A stretch of 63,658 nucleotides of DNA, counting the filler, from Hyphochytrium catenoides (taxonomy: Eukaryota > Protista > Hyphochytriomycota): the NCBI GenBank assembly GCA_900088475.1. It is 12 parts of 12 records of this genome, joined end to end, with 100 filler letters (N's around TTAATTAATTAA, not from the genome) between each part and the next. Parts side by side here need not be neighbours in the genome. Positions count along the whole stretch, not along the records: positions 14,427 to 34,312 come from FLMG01004430.1; positions 34,413 to 35,436 come from FLMG01004105.1; positions 35,537 to 38,127 come from FLMG01001531.1; positions 38,228 to 41,520 come from FLMG01004317.1; 8 more parts are not named here. One strand, written 5' to 3'. A model generated the notes under the pieces. That model ran no database searches, was not told the DNA's origin, and worked only from the letters and a program-made list of their open reading frames with translations. This document shows positions 26,316-38,362 of the stretch, one piece after another (the first letter of the stretch is position 1; every line of letters begins with the position of its first letter). The position numbers and the translations under genes were made by a program.

Positions 26316-27689
26316 GAGGTGTGACAGGCAAGGGAAGGGAGAGAAAGGGAGGTCAGGCGCTGTCCTGTCTACAGATGCTATTCTCTCGTAAGGTCGCCCG
26401 TCCGTTCAGTCTATGTCTCTCATTTCTTGGTCTTGCTCCCTGCTTTTCTTTCTCTATTTCTCAAATCTCTGCTGTTACTACTCGCTCTCTGCCTCTTCAC
26501 ACCTTCTTCTCTCTCTGTTTTTTCTTGCTACACCCATAAGTACGTTTCTCTCCTTTTCTCTCTCTCTTCGTTTACCTTTTGCAGACCGTCGGTAAATCTT
26601 CGCTCGTACTCCAGAGACTTTCTTAGCGAACTGACAGCTGCCCAGGACGGATTAAGGCGGGGAGAGAGAGAGAGAGAGAGAAAAGAGAGAGAGAAGAGAG
26701 AGAGAGTGAGCGAGAGAGAAGGGAGAAAGAACAGAGGTAAGGGAGAGACAAGAGAGAGAGAGCATGGAGGGAATGCCCTAAAGCAGCCCACTCCTAAAAT
26801 CCATTTTTTTCTCCACTCTGGTTTCCTTTTCCACGTTATATCTTTCTCCTGGTTGTCTCGTCCTTCTCTTTCTCTCTTCATCCGCGAATTCTGTCTGTCT
26901 GTCTGCCTCTCTCTCTCTCTTTCTTTAAGCGCTTGATACCTTCTCTTATGCTTTTGGCGTTTTCTCTCAGCTGATTCCGCTTGAGTTCGAGAGAGGCCGT
27001 CAGATCCGCGACATTGGACCCTCCTTGCTCCCTCAAGCAGCTCCTATCCTAACAGTTATGGAGAGAAAGAAACGATGTGTATGAGAGAGAGGGATTTCCA
27101 TGAGAGAGATAGAGAGAGGCGACAGATAAAGAGAGCGAGAGTATGCGAAACACAGGCAAGGAGAGAGAGAGAGAGAAGAGAGAGAGGCCCTTACCTCCAT
27201 ATACTGTCTCCCTCTCAGTAGGTCGATGACCTGCATTAAGTGCATGAGCTCGGTACTCGAGGCTTGCAAAGAGGCCACGGCCGGGCGGAAATGTATCCGC
27301 GGATCCATAGGAAATCTCTCAGCAGCGACGTCCACCTCTGTTTTCTTCCCTGGCGCTTTATTCTCTGTCTCTTCGTCTTTTTCTGCCCCATCAACTCTGT
27401 CAGAACTCTCATTCTGAAGCTTTCGCCGTTTAGCGGCAATGGCCTCGAAATCTAGAGCTCGAACGGAACGCTCAAAGATGATTTCTTCGGCGATAGAGAC
27501 CTCTTTAGTCTCTTCTCCTTTCTCTGTTATGCGCTCTATGTGAAGGTCTGGTAGAGGCTCAACTGTTATCGCCAGGTCCTCCGCATTGTCCTCGGTTCTC
27601 CTCTCTACAATAGCATCATTGCGGTTCCTCTCCTCTTCTATGTCCATCTCTTCTCCCAACTCATTGCCTTCTGCGTTCTCGCCTTCCAT
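21587..27689 (-). CDS. MED17: Mediator of RNA polymerase II transcription subunit 17 (about 11 exons)
   Basis: The spliced motifs follow MED17 order: ITVEPLPDLHIERITEKGEE..SVRALDF; VASLQASSTELMHLMQVIDLL; LELKRNQLRENAKSIREAVSSLRKSLEYERRFTDGLQKIRSSWRV; IDCSYTTAGADF; LLASVQHSAFSLELFQMLMQEA. ATG at 27689. Confidence 0.8.
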
Positions 27690-28698
27690 AGTCTCCGCCT
27701 CAAAGGCTGCCGTGGCGCCAAGTTTTATAAGGGATGACAAACAAAGAGTTGACTAAAGAGGAGGGGCTGTCAACGACCGCGAGACTGTAGCTGCCTCCTC
27801 CCACCGTTAGCACCCCATCATCTATTGCGCTAACGGCACCCCTTTTAGCTAGTAGAACCTTTCAAAGGACATGTGGACTCCGTTGGCGCTGGTGACAAGC
27901 GCCAAGGTCTAAGAGTTGAAGAGGCGGCCGTTCTCAAGGACAAGATGGACTGCAGACCGAGCAGGCCGATGAAAAATCTTCGTAAAGAATCTGCAAAAAT
28001 CTCAACTTCACAGATCCGAGACCCGAGGCACAAAATGACATCTCCAATTCCAAGTTTCAAGCACAATTCCAAGTCCAAACCCAAACGCATTCTCTCATTC
28101 TGGTGCAATATAGTCAGTCTTGCATTGTGTCCTTACTTACTTAAGTCAATAATTCTAAGTCTACAATGGACTTGGTGAGACTTCCTCATGCACTGTCTGA
28201 ACTCCCCCTGGAAGTTGCGTTTTGAAGCAAGGGGAGAGGGAAGTGAGAGAGAGAAAGAAAGAGAGAGAGACAGAGGGAGAGAGAGAAACAAAGAGAGAAA
28301 CAAAGAGAGAAACAGAGTGAGAGACAGAGAGAGACAGACAGGGGGAAGGGGAGAGAGAGACAGAGAAAGAGACACAGAGAGAGACAGAGAGAGAGACCAG
28401 AGAAAGAGAAAGAGAGAACAGGAGACACCGCGCGCCAGACCGAGAAAGAGGAAGAGAACGGATGAAAGAAGAAAGGACACAAGGTTTCCAAAGACTACTG
28501 ACAACGCGGATCCAGCCAGCGAGCAGCAGCAGAGGCTCAGCCCTCAAAACGACAGATCTCTAATTTTCCGCTCCCGTCGCTCCTCGTGCTCCATCGTCTT
28601 CCCCTCTCTCTGTTTCTCCTATCTCTCTCCTTTACTCTCTTTTGCTTCTTTCTCTCTCGTTCTGTTTCTCTCTCCCTGTCCCACTCGCACTCTCTCTC

Positions 28699-28732
<34 letters not shown>

Positions 28733-28862
28733 NNNNNNNNNNNNNNNNNNNNNNNNNNNNNNNNNNNNNNNNNNNCTCTCTCTCTCTCTCTCTCTCTCTC
28801 TCTTGCTTCTTTCTCTCTCGTTCTGTATCTCTCTCCCTGTCCCACTCGCACTCTCTCTCTTC

Positions 28863-28894
<32 letters not shown>

Positions 28895-28903
28895 CTCTCT
28901 CTC

Positions 28904-28934
<31 letters not shown>

Positions 28935-29086
28935 TTGTTTCTTTCTTTGTCTCTTTCCTATCTAGCTCTGGCGCTCTTCGGTCAAGAAATCAGGCAGAGA
29001 AAGGACATGAAGCTCTTTCACGGAGGATAACCCTACTCTTTCTCCAGACAGAGGGAGTTAGGACTAAGCTAACACCCTGTTCGCCG

Positions 29087-30186
29087 ATGGAGAGAAAAGA
29101 GGAAGACAAGGCGGGCAGCGCGGCTACTTCGTCTCTCTCTTCTTCTCTCCCTCTCATCGTTCTCTCTCTCTCTCCCGGACTCTCTTCCGCCATCTTCTCA
29201 CCTTCTCCTTCCTCATTGTGGAAGGGAGCGGAAAAAGAGCGAGAAAGTGCGGTGACCGGAGGGGAGAGAGAACGAGATGGAGGAGGAGAATTAAAAGTGC
29301 TTTGGGAGACTGCAGAGACAGCACTTCTCTCTCTCATTGTGCGCTATAAAGAAACTGAAGAGAGACATGCTGAAGAGAGAGAAGGAGAAAAGATCCACGA
29401 GGAAGAAAGAGAGGCAGCAAGAGACACGGAAGAGAAGGAGAGAGAAAGACAGTTAGACAGAAGAAAGAAAGAAAGATGGAAAACGTTCACTTTTATGGCG
29501 GATTATGTGGAAGAATCGGATCTTTCTCCTCTCTCTCTCGTCTTCTCTCTCTTTGCTAAAGAAGAAGGAGCACGCAAGTCAGTTCTCTCACCCTCTATCC
29601 CTCCTATTGTCACCCATGACACTGCTGTCTCTTCCTCAAACGGTAGACAGAAGAGAGAGAAGAGAGAGAGAGAGGAAGACATTGGTTCCAGCCTTCTGTC
29701 TCTCCCTTCTTCACCTAGCAGCTTGGAGGAAGATAGAGAGGAAGAAGAAGACTATCGCGAGAAAGAAGAACATGACTCTATAATAACCTCCACCTCCCGC
29801 GAGGAAGAGAGAGAAAGAGAGAGAGAAAGGAAGAAGAAGGGAGAAGAAGACGATTTCTCTCGGATTCTCTGTTTTAACTGCGGTATTTCGGGTCATAAGG
29901 TAGGCGATTGCTCTCTCCCTCGGGATCCTCTCTCGATAGGGAGAAGGAGACTGGAACATCTCTCTTTCTACCGTCGGTACACTTCTCTCTCTCTCCCCTT
30001 TCAGTTAAGAAAGAGAGAGAGAGAAGACAGCAAGAGAGAAAATCGGGAGAAAGAGAGAGACACACCGATTTCGGAAGAGTTGGCCGAGGCGCTGGGAATG
30101 GCGAACTCAAATCTTCCTCCTCCTTTTCTATGGAAAATGAGGGAAAAAGGATATCCACCAGGTAGCGGCCGTCCTGCTGTGCATTC

Positions 30187-30239
<53 letters not shown>

Positions 30240-30398
30240 CTTTCTTATTTTTCCAGCGACCTCTCCCTTTTGGGAACGCTAGTGTCTCTCCCTCTTTCGC
30301 GTGTCCACGTACTTTCTGTTGTCACCTACATTTCTTTTCTAGAAGCTTCCCTTCTGTCTTTGTCTTGTCGGTCATTTCGCCTCCCTCTTCTGTCTCTC

Positions 30399-30462
<64 letters not shown>

Positions 30463-30837
30463 AACCTTTCCGTCCCTATTCCTGTGCCTTCAGGCTACGT
30501 CTCCTGGACAGCTCCACAAGAAACTCTAGGAACAAGCAAAACGAGAAGCAAAAGAGAGAGAGAGAACACCACTTCTCCTCTCTCTTCTTCTTCTCCCGTC
30601 TTTCTCCTTCCAATTCCTGGGCTTAATGTTAGAGGAAGAGGATCTGATGGGGAGCCTCTCTCCTCTCCTCCCTGGCCTCTTCCTCTAGAACCTTGCCCTA
30701 TAGCTTTTATGGAGGAGAGAAGAGAGAGACAAAAGAAGAGAAAGAGGGAAAGGGAAGAACCAGCAGGAGAACCGAGAGACGATGAGACTTTAGGGGAGGA
30801 AGTGAGAGAGAGTGACATGGAGCTTGACTCTGACTGA
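29087..30837 (+). CDS. ZCCHC8: Zinc-knuckle + PSP domain protein, ZCCHC8-like (NEXT complex); exons 29087-30161 and 30494-30837
   Basis: A CCHC knuckle (CFNCGISGHKVGDC) is followed by the PSP signature ISEELAEALGM..LPPPFLWKMREKGYPPG|Y, which spans the intron. Confidence 0.85.
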
Positions 30838-31429
30838 AAGAGCAGCAGAGAGAGGAGAGAGAACGATAAGAAGGGAGACAAAAAGTGAGAGAGAGAAGAA
30901 GGCACAGCGCCTTGAATACCTTGAATTTGAATTATAGATTTATTGGAGAGAGAGACTGCGCGATGGTCTCTCTCTCTGCGGACACGGTCTCTCTCTCGTC
31001 ACTCACTTTCCTTCTTCTCTCTTCCATCTCACTTCTCTCCCTTCTATTTCGCTCACTTTTTTTTGCTTCTTTCTCTCTCTCTTTTCTCTCTCTCGCTTGT
31101 TGGAAATAGATAGATTTTTAATATGGAGTCGTACTGACAACCGAGAGAAAGACTAAAAAAGAGATTGAGAAGAGAGAGACAGGATGGTTAAGATGAACCA
31201 GTGATCATTTTGTCTCTTTGCGTCTGATGCTTGCTAAGTAAGAGAGGTAGATGGAAGAGCTTTCACCCCTCTGGCCCACTTCGGGAGGAGAGAGAGCGAA
31301 GAAGGAGATAGAACTAGCTTGAGAAGAGACGGAGAGAGACGGAACAAGAGGAGACGCATCGAAGAGGAGAGAGAGAGAGAGGGAGAGAGAGAGAGAGGAA
31401 GATTTTGTTTGACCCTCCTCCTTTTCATC

Positions 31430-31540
31430 TCCTGGGCGTTTGGTGTCGCACACCACCCTCCCTCCTCTCTCTTCGCTCTCTTCTCTCTCTCTTCTCTCTC
31501 CTCTCTCTTCTCTCTCTCTTCTTACTCTGTCTCAAGCACT

Positions 31541-31576
<36 letters not shown>

Positions 31577-31892
31577 TACTCTGTCTCAACCACTTTTTTT
31601 TTCTCTCTCTCTCTCTCTCTCTTCCTCTCTTTTTATTCTCTATCCTCATTCACTTTTTCTTCCTGGGCGTATGGTGTCGCACACCACCCTCCCTCCTCTC
31701 TCTCTTCGCTCTCTCTTCTCTCTCTCTTCTCTCTCTCTCTTCTCTCTCTCTTCTCTCTCTCTCTTCTTTTTCTTCTCTCTCTTCTCTCTCTTCTCCCTCT
31801 TCTCTCTCTCCTCTCTCTCTCTTCTCTCTCTCTTCTCTCTCTCCTCTCTCTCTCTTCTCTCTCTCTTCTTACTCTGTCTCAACCACTTTTTT
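31430..31892. repeat. Intergenic imperfect direct repeats in a CT-rich tract
   Basis: tcctgggcgt(t/a)tggtgtcgcacaccaccctccctcctctctct occurs near 31430 and 31661. tcttcttactctgtctcaa(g/c)cacttttt occurs near 31516, 31571 and 31864. Confidence 0.8.
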
Positions 31893-32625
31893 CTCTCTTT
31901 CTCTCTTCCTCTCTTTTTATTCTCCATCTCACTCTTTCTTCCACTCTGTCTCTACCTCTTCCTCTCTCCAATATCTCCTCTTTGCCAACTCATGCTACCA
32001 GAATATTAACCGCTTACGTGCTTTTATTCTGACAAATACTGGGTTCCCCCTAGAAACTGTGCTTCGCGGTTCAGTAACCGCTCATAAAATCTGAACGTAA
32101 GCCGCTTTTGAAGCATGTGTTCGCCAGTACAACAACAACAAACAGAAACCAAAACTACTTTGTTTCTCCCCTTCCACCTTTCTTTGTGTCCCTTCTTCCA
32201 TTCTCTGTCTCTCCGTTCCTCTGTCTCTCTCTCCCTTCTCTTCAATCTCTCTGTGTCTCTCTCTCCCCCNNNNNNNNNNNNNNNNNNNNNNNNNNNNNNN
32301 NNNNNNNNNNNNNNNNNNNNNNNNNNNNNNNNNNNCTCTCTCTTCCTATTTCTCTCTATCTCCATCTCTTTACCTTCCTCTGTGTTGTTTGCATCTTCAT
32401 ATTTCCCGCTCCCCCGCCCACAGTTCACATCCTACTTTTCCTTCTTCCTCACATCACCCGCGCCGCTGACTTCTCCTCTCCGTTGCATTCTCATCAAGAG
32501 AAGAGAGAGAAAGAGAAGAGAGAGAGAGAGAGGAAAAGAGGGAAAATAACTTATCACTGAAGCGTGAGCAAGGTGAAGGGAAGGGAAGAGAAAGACACAC
32601 AGAGAAAGAGAAGAGAGAGAGAAAG

Positions 32626-32909
32626 ATGGCGGCAGCGAACAACAAGGATGTCGTGTATATTATGGACAAGCGGTCAGTCAAACTTTCTTGGCCTCTCTCT
32701 CTCACTTGCTTGCCTCCCTTTGATGCTGTCAGTGCTCTTCTACTTCTCTTTTGCTCTTTCTCTCCTTCTTTTTTCCGTCCTCTTTCTCTATCCGTTCTCT
32801 CTCTGTCTCTCTGTGTCCTCTCCTTCGTTCTCCTCTCCTCTCCGCTACGTATACAAATTCTCTTAATCTTTCTTGTCAATCTCTCGTTTCTTTGTCCCTC
32901 ACCTGTCTT

Positions 32910-32944
<35 letters not shown>

Positions 32945-32990
32945 CCCCCTTTCTTTCTCTCCCATTATCTCTCGCCTCTCTCCCTCTTTT

Positions 32991-33029
<39 letters not shown>

Positions 33030-34073
33030 GTGTGCGTGTCTGTGTCACAGGACGGCTCGTAAGGAGTACGCAGATCTCTTCAATGAGAATATCGAAAAAA
33101 TCAGGAAGAGACTGACAGCAAATAAGAATCAGGAAGAAGAAGTCGCCAGGTTTCTCTCGCTCTCTCGGCCTCTCTGTCAGTTTTTTTTCTCTCTCTCTCC
33201 TTTTGGTACTGTCTCTCTCTCTCTCTGAACATCTCTGATTTGTTATGTTCGTTCCAACGCATGGTGGCCTGTCTTTCTTACATCATGTTCTTCTCTTGGT
33301 GTCTCTCTGCCTCCCTCTCTCTCTCTTTTCCTATCTGTCATGCTGTCTCCCTATCTCTCGTCCCTCTCTTTCTTTATCCATTTCTTTGTTATCTCTCCTA
33401 TCGCTCACACACGTTAACCTTCTTCTCTCTCTCTCTCTCTCTCCCTCTCCTTCTCTTTCTCTCCCTCTCTCTCTCTCTCTCTCTTCGTACCTCCAGTCTC
33501 TCTCACGCTGAGGGCCACTTTCTCTCTGTCGTGGTACGGAAACGGCCTCTGATCGCGAGAGAGAGAGCGCGGAAGGCGTTTGATGCCCTGACAGTGACTG
33601 GCCCAAGGAGCATTGTCGCGCATGACTGCAGACTCAGACCTAGTACGCCACTCTCTCTCTTTCTCTCTCTCTCTTTCTTTTCCTTTTTTTCTTTCTCTCT
33701 CTGTCTCTTTCTCTCTGTCTTTTTGTTTTCGGCCCCTGCATACGGTTCAATTGGCTTCTTTGCTTTTCCTTACTCTCTCTGTCCGTCTCTCTGTCTGTCA
33801 TCCCTCTTTCATTCTCTCTTCTCTTTTCTTCTTCTCTTCTTTCTCTCATTCTCGGGTCACTGCTCTGTAGATACGTCGATACTATTGCTCTCGCTCTCTC
33901 GCTCTCTCTCCCTCTCTCTCTCTTTTTCCGTTCTGTTCTGTCTATTGTTGCTTTTGCCGCCCTCTTTCCCCTCCGTCTCTCCTCCATTGTCTCTCTTCTT
34001 TCTTGTTATTCTCCCGTTTTCTCTTTCTAACTCGGTTCTTTCCTATCTCTTTCTTCTTTTCTTTCTTCCATCA

Positions 34074-34151
<78 letters not shown>

Positions 34152-34312
34152 TTCCCTGTCTCTCTCTTCTCTTTTCAATCCTCCTCTCTCCCACTCAACA
34201 GATCAGAAGAACAAGTACATTGATAACTACAAGCTCGACTTTGATCTAGTTTTTGATGCCTCTGATCCGACCGAGCGCGTCTATGAGGCGGCGGTCCTGC
34301 CTCTGGTCCGAG
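32626..34312 (+). CDS. Kinesin-13-like motor protein, 5' part (truncated by the contig end)
   Basis: Four exons. The motor begins LSVVVRKRPLIARERARKAFDALTV..IVAHDCRLRP|NQKNKYIDNYKLDFDLVFDASDPTERVYEAAVLPLV, which is the kinesin-13 VRKRPL / loop-2 / FDxxFD..VY..PLV layout. Confidence 0.85.
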
Positions 34313-34412
34313 NNNNNNNNNNNNNNNNNNNNNNNNNNNNNNNNNNNNNNNNNNNNTTAATTAATTAANNNNNNNNNNNNNNNNNNNNNNNNNNNNNNNN
34401 NNNNNNNNNNNN

Positions 34413-35116
34413 TGGTGGGCGGCTTGGCAAAGGCCTTTACTTTCAAGGCCTGTGGAGAGATGAATACACCCTACGCAAGCAAAGAAAGTCCTGGACTTCT
34501 GCCAGGTAGTTCGTCTCAAGTCTGAGGAGGCTTACAAAGTCCTGCAGGAGGCAAATCTGATGACCACCAGTGTTAACCACCTCAAGAGGTTAGCGGCTAG
34601 AGATCGCGGTAGCAGCGCGATAATTGACCTCAATCTTGAAGCGATAAAGCAGCGGTTGAATGACTGGGCTCAGTCAATGGTCGCCGACAACGAAGATGAC
34701 TTCCTCCTTGTGTCTCTAGCCATTGAGATGCAACCAAGGTACCGCAACGATATGAAGTTAGCCCTCTGCACTGTGCCATGGTCGATGGCATCATCATCAA
34801 TATCATGCGGGAGGTACAACATAGTAAGAAGAAGAATTATTTAGCCGGCCATTTATTATCATCAAATCGGAGACTCGAAGCTTCGTACTATAATGATCAT
34901 CAGAAGCTCGCACTCATCATCATTCAGGTGGTCTTCATCAAGAGAGATCTGGGATATGACGATGTCTGTTTCATGTTATTCCGAAATAACAGCATATATA
35001 TACAGAATGAGGTTAATTCTGCCCCATCCCCGCCAGCCTTCCAGCAACCCAATCGCGTACGGCCTTTAATACTGAGATGTATGAGAGCTTACCAGCCGTC
35101 GCCTCCAATCCGGTAG
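34413..35116 (+). CDS. Hypothetical protein fragment (two overlapping frames)
   Basis: Non-repetitive, protein-like ORFs at 34560-34844 and 34778-35116. No recognised motif. Confidence 0.3.
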
Positions 35117-35608
35117 TACGCGGCGGGCGTAGGGATGTATCCCCTCCTGGACTTTAACAACTAGCCTGAGGGAACAGGGGTAGGAAGTCCTGTAATAATA
35201 CCGCAGGGAGGAGAGGACAGAGGAGGGCTTGGAGGAGATATGAGCAACGGTGGCGGAAAGTCAATGGGGAGAATGTGTGAGCTCACAGAGACAGAGAATG
35301 GCAGAGATGAAAAAGAGTGTGACGCGAGGGGGGAGATGCATTGAAACAGAGTCATGTAGAGGTCTAGCAAGAGCGAGAGAGAAAGAGGGAGAGAACAGAG
35401 AGAGAACAGAGAGAGAGAGTGTGTGTGAGAGAGAGANNNNNNNNNNNNNNNNNNNNNNNNNNNNNNNNNNNNNNNNNNNNTTAATTAATTAANNNNNNNN
35501 NNNNNNNNNNNNNNNNNNNNNNNNNNNNNNNNNNNNTCTCTCTCTCTCTCTCCTCTTTTTCTCACTCTCTCTTTCCCTCTTCCTCTCTCCCCATCCTGGC
35601 CACCAAAG

Positions 35609-36171
35609 TCTTTACTTTGGAGTTCGTGATCCGGCTCTTCATCGCAAACGACACGCGTCAGTTCGTGACGGACGCCTCCAACATGATCGACTTTGTCTCT
35701 ATCGCGCCATTCTACCTCGAAGTAAGGCGCCCTCAAGACTCACACTCTCTCTCTTCTCTTCTCTGTCTTTGCTCCTTCTCTATGTATATATATGGATTTC
35801 CACTCTCATTCTCTGCGGTTGTTCTCTCTCCGCTTTGGTGTCTCTCCTTCTTCGTTTCTCACTCTCTTTATTCTCTCTCTTCTCTTTCTGTCTTTGTCTT
35901 CCAAGTCTCCTGTCCTTCACTCTGTCACTTCCTCTCCTTTTTCTTTTGGCCTCTTGCCAAAAAAAACCTCTCCCTTCCTCTTTCTGTTTCTCTCTTTCTC
36001 ATTCTCTCCCTGTTTCTCTCTCTCTCTCTCCTCCCTTCTTCCTCGTCGCGAGAACCAAAAGCCTAGATCTCTAAGAAGCTGAAGCTTATCTTGCTTGTCT
36101 TGATGCTAACACTCTCTCTCTCTCTCTCTTCACTCTCTCTGCGGACCCTTTCATTGGTCTCATTTCCTTTT

Positions 36172-36202
<31 letters not shown>

Positions 36203-36391
36203 TTTCTCTCTCTTTGTCACTCTATTGGATCTCTCTCTCTCTCTCTGCTTCTCTCTCCCATCTAAAAGGTTCTCTATTCTAAAGTGAGTGGGAAGCCTGT
36301 GGAGTACGCCTTCGCACCAGGAGATCCAGACTTTGCCAAGTTCATGAAAGTGCTGCGAAGTCTTCGTCTTCTGAAGATTACGAGGGTGAGT

Positions 36392-36435
<44 letters not shown>

Positions 36436-36551
36436 AATCTCTCTCCTATCGCTCTCCCCACATTTCTCTCTTCCTCATGTCTCTTCTTTTTTCGTCTTCT
36501 ACAACTTCTTCTTCTCTTCTTTCTCAATCCCTATTTCTCTTTCTCTTTCTC

Positions 36552-36605
<54 letters not shown>

Positions 36606-37624
36606 ATTCTATATCTATGAATCACTAAGACCGCCCCGCCTGCAGCACTTCAAGGACGTGAAACTCATTGTGACTACCTTCAAAGTTTGCTGGCGGCGGC
36701 TCATGGTTCCGGTGAGATAATCTCTTTCTTCTCCTTCTCTTCTATCTCTGTCTCTCCGTGTCTCTCTCTCTTTTTCTCCCTGTGTCTCTCTCTCTTTGTC
36801 TCTCTCTCTCTTCCTCTTATATGCGTGTCTGTCAACATCCTTTTTCTCTCTCTCTGTGTCTCTCTTCCCATCTTTTATTCTTCTGTAAGTGACTCTGTCT
36901 CTGACCTATCTCTCTCTCTGTATTCCTCGTTTACTCTTCTCTCTCTCTCACTCTCTCTCTCTCTCTCTCCGCATACAGCTCTTCGTCCTTTACGTCCTGG
37001 TCCAGTTCTTTGCTGGCTTTCTCTTCTACTTCGAGCAAGGGAAAGAGTGTGTCGTCGGTGGTGGCGCAGGGAACGAAAGCTGCGATGCTTTGATCGCTCT
37101 GGCCTCTGATGAGTTTCCCTCGGGGAAGAGATTGCTGTTGGCAGACGGCGTAGGACATAAGAAACTCTCTCTTGTCCCCAATATGGTGGTGTCTCTTTGG
37201 TTCTCCATCACGACGTAAGAGATCTCTCTCNNNNNNNNNNNNNNNNNNNNNNNNNNNNNNNNNNNNNNNNNNNNCCTGCCTGTCTATTTGACCCTCCTCG
37301 AAAAATAATCCCAGTCTCTCTCTCCCTGGCTCTCTCTCTCTCTATGTCTCTCTTTTCAGTGTTCGGTCTTCTTACCTACTTGTTGTCTCCTGCCCTTCCC
37401 TTTTTCTCCATCCTCAATACTCTTTCCCTCTTCTGTCCCACTCTCTCCATCGCGCTCTCTTCGTCTCTCTCCCTTTTTTCTCTCTCCTTCTTAACTTTCT
37501 CTTCCATTCTCAATCTCTCCCCCTCTCTCTCTCTCTCCCCTCTCTCTCTCTCTTTCTTTCTCTCTCTCTCTCTCTCTTTCTTCCTTTCTCTTTGTCTCTC
37601 CCTCTCTCTCTCTCTCCCTTCCTT

Positions 37625-37666
<42 letters not shown>

Positions 37667-37846
37667 TCTCTTACCTTCAGGATTACAACTGTGGGTTACG
37701 GTGACGTTGTTCCCCTGACAGCTGCGGGGAAGGTGATCGCGTGCATGGCGATGGTCGTAGGGACTTTCTATATGGCGATGCCCCTGACCATGGTCGGAGT
37801 CCAGTACTACGCCTGCTACGAGGAACAAAGAGAGAGAAAGAAGCAG
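35609..37846 (+). CDS. Voltage-gated potassium channel (Kv, 6TM), S2-S6 fragment, 5 exons
   Basis: S2 FTLEFVIRLF; S3 NMIDFVSIAPFYLE; S4 KVLRSLRLLKITRHF; S5; pore SLWFSITT|ITTVGYGDVVPLTAAGK; S6 GTFYMAMPLTMVG. Confidence 0.95.
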
Positions 37847-38362
37847 GTTGATACTCTCTCTGTCTCTCTGTCTCTCTCTCTCTCTTTCTCTTTGTTTGTT
37901 TTGTTGCTGGCTATTCCGTTTGTTTCCTATCAATCATCCTCATGGGCATATTATCCTCTCTCTCTCTCTCTGCTTCTCGTCTTACCGCTACTAGCATCTC
38001 TCTGTTCTCACTCCATTTTTATCCCCCTCTCTCTTTGTCCTCTCTCTCTCTTTGTCCTTTTTCTCTCTCTCTTCTCTCTCTTCTCTCTCTTCTCTCTCTT
38101 CTCTCTTCTCTCTCTCTCTCTCTCCCTNNNNNNNNNNNNNNNNNNNNNNNNNNNNNNNNNNNNNNNNNNNNTTAATTAATTAANNNNNNNNNNNNNNNNN
38201 NNNNNNNNNNNNNNNNNNNNNNNNNNNCTGCATATCGAAGGGAGTTATGTTGCAGCGGATGGGTAACAGAAATATCAAAGGCATTTGAGCCAGAATTTTA
38301 TTTTGATCATAATATAGAAAAAAGAAAGAAAAAAGCTGCGTGAGAAAGAAGGCAGAACAAAA

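Noticed and set aside
28644-28900. Duplicated ~60-bp unit on either side of an N gap
   Set aside because: Probably overlapping contig ends or haplotypes at the gap.
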